The notes under the pieces were generated by a model. The model saw only the letters and a program-made list of their open reading frames with translations, was not told the origin of the DNA and did not search any database. 64,000 nucleotides of DNA from Ylistrum balloti (taxonomy: Eukaryota): assembly GCF_031769215.1 (NCBI RefSeq), contig NW_026782320.1, forward strand, positions 1 through 64,000. Direction: 5' to 3'. A program made the position numbers and the translations under genes. Shown here in pieces: positions 62,332 to 64,000 of this stretch (position 1 is its first letter; every line of letters begins with the position of its first letter).

Positions 62332-64000
62332 ATGCCTCCCAAGACGAAGAAATATTGTTGTATATGTAGCAACTACAGAGGAAAAGAGGTTGATTCTAAG
62401 CGTATATCACTGCACAGATTTCCAGCAATCGAAAGAGTGAAAAAAGTTTGGTTGCAACGATGCAAACTTGTGATGAAAACATTTAAGTATACCAGGAATA
62501 GTTTGTTGTGTTCAGACCATTTTGCCGACAGGGAAGGACCTTCGCCTATCAACCCGATTCCATCATGTTTTGGAAGTAAATCATTCAGAACTTCGGTAAG
62601 CTTTTTCTTAAACATATAAAAAAATATAACGCCAAATTGTTTTCATGATTATGTTGCTCGGTCGCGATAACCCATTGTGTTTCATACAAGAAATTTTACG
62701 TAGCGCATTCATGTACATGTTATAACAATAAATAAAAACCTCATCGACACTCAAGACAACAGGTAACCCAAATTTACAGGTCATTATACAGAGATTAATT
62801 ATTTTGTATCCTGCTATGTACACAATTTTATAAATAGCTGTAATAACGGGATATGATCTTAGGTGGTAAATATTCATGAATAGTGTTACCTCTAACAGCC
62901 AATTACTTACAAAACGTGACATCAAAGATGTTTTCATCGAATATAGACTAGCAGATACTACTACAGTATACAAGTAACCCTGACACCATTTGAAAATGAA
63001 ATGTTATAATGAATATAATATGTATGAGAATATGTATAAAAAAGTATTAAGTGCAAGATGAAAAGTTTCAATATATCTGATTAGCACTGTGTATTTGTAA
63101 ATCTTGGCATATGTAGATGTGTGATCTTAATTTAGAAAAAAAAATATGCTTTAGGTAATTTATTTATAGAATAAATATACAGTGTTTATATATTCAGTTC
63201 ATGAAATTGGTGTGAATAGATTTGTAAATTAAAATTAATTCTGTATTTTTTTTTCTTACAGAAACTTGATGAAAACCAAAATGATATAGAAAATGAGGTT
63301 CCAGAGGTTCTTGAACAAGAAATTGAATGCAACATCAGTTTAAACAGTGATGATTCTTTGAGCAGTGCACAGGGGTTTGTTACATCAGAGTCGGTATTAG
63401 ATACATCCCTGCGAATCCATGACTACTTGGGACATTCGGATGTGGAAAGTTACTCATCAATAAGAAATCAGTATGTTCAGACAATGCCATCGAATAGAAC
63501 AATTGGAACTCAAACAGAAGGTGACTCATTCGTTCGTCGTTTTGTAGATGCTGACTGTCAGACCAATGATGAAACTGTTTGTGTTGATGCTAGTGCACAG
63601 GTATCCCTCCCCATACTGACATATGATGACATCAAATCAGATGGACAGAAACTTATGTTTTATACCGGCATTCCAGATGCAGACACGTTTGATGCTTTAT
63701 TTGATGAGCTAAGAGATGATGCTGAAGAAAGAACATCTCGAAGTGTTAACGGCAATGGAACTGGTGGCCGTCCACGCATCTTACGTGCCATTGATGAGTT
63801 TTTTATGGTGCTAATGCGTTTAAGATTGGGTCTCTTGTTAGAGGACTTAGCATTTAGATTTTGCATTTCAACCAGCACATGTGGGGACATTTTCAACAGG
63901 TGGATTGACTTTTTAGACAGTCAGTTATCCTTTCTTGTCATGTGGCCTAGTAGAGAAGCTATAGATAGTAATATGCCTGAAATTTTTAAAGAAAAATTTC
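62332..64000 (+). CDS. THAP-domain DDE transposase (ISL2EU/Harbinger-related), partial; exons 62332-62595 and 63262 to window end
   Basis: THAP: CCICSN..LHRFP..W..LCSDHF..P. Phase-0 GT-AG intron. Exon 2 is open for 739 nt with FYTGIP..DEFFMVLMRLRLGLLLEDLAFRF..W (HTH_Tnp_4-like). The DDE core lies beyond the window. Confidence 0.85.

Overview
AT-rich animal genomic DNA, probably a bivalve mollusc (inferred from the repeat families, not proven). It is almost entirely a dense pile of transposable elements; no rRNA, tRNA, CRISPR array or ordinary host gene could be supported. Left to right: a decayed Mag/Steamer-like Gypsy (1-4402); a second Gypsy that is inverted and circularly permuted internally (4403-9141); abutting fragments of Gypsy, BEL/Pao and a Gmr1-like (PR-IN order) element (9.2-15.2 kb); a Penelope-like GIY-YIG fragment; a spliced, decayed zinc finger/tyrosine recombinase/Myb-like gene (18.9-21.2 kb); a Ngaro/DIRS-type retroelement with an SGNH hydrolase; a young Gypsy with 118-bp LTRs and one nonsense codon; a hAT element with an apparently intact two-exon transposase; a 24-kb gene of at least 21 exons encoding a CaRF-like/MULE-DDE/SWIM/Ulp1/PHD protein, with an intact Gypsy and many non-autonomous repeats in its introns; two inverted arrays of a 70-bp hairpin satellite; and the start of a THAP + HTH DDE transposase gene (ISL2EU/Harbinger-related). 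The main higher-order signal is that all 14 independent coding elements in 1-61.5 kb lie on the minus strand, as expected for a flamenco-like uni-strand piRNA cluster (untested inference).
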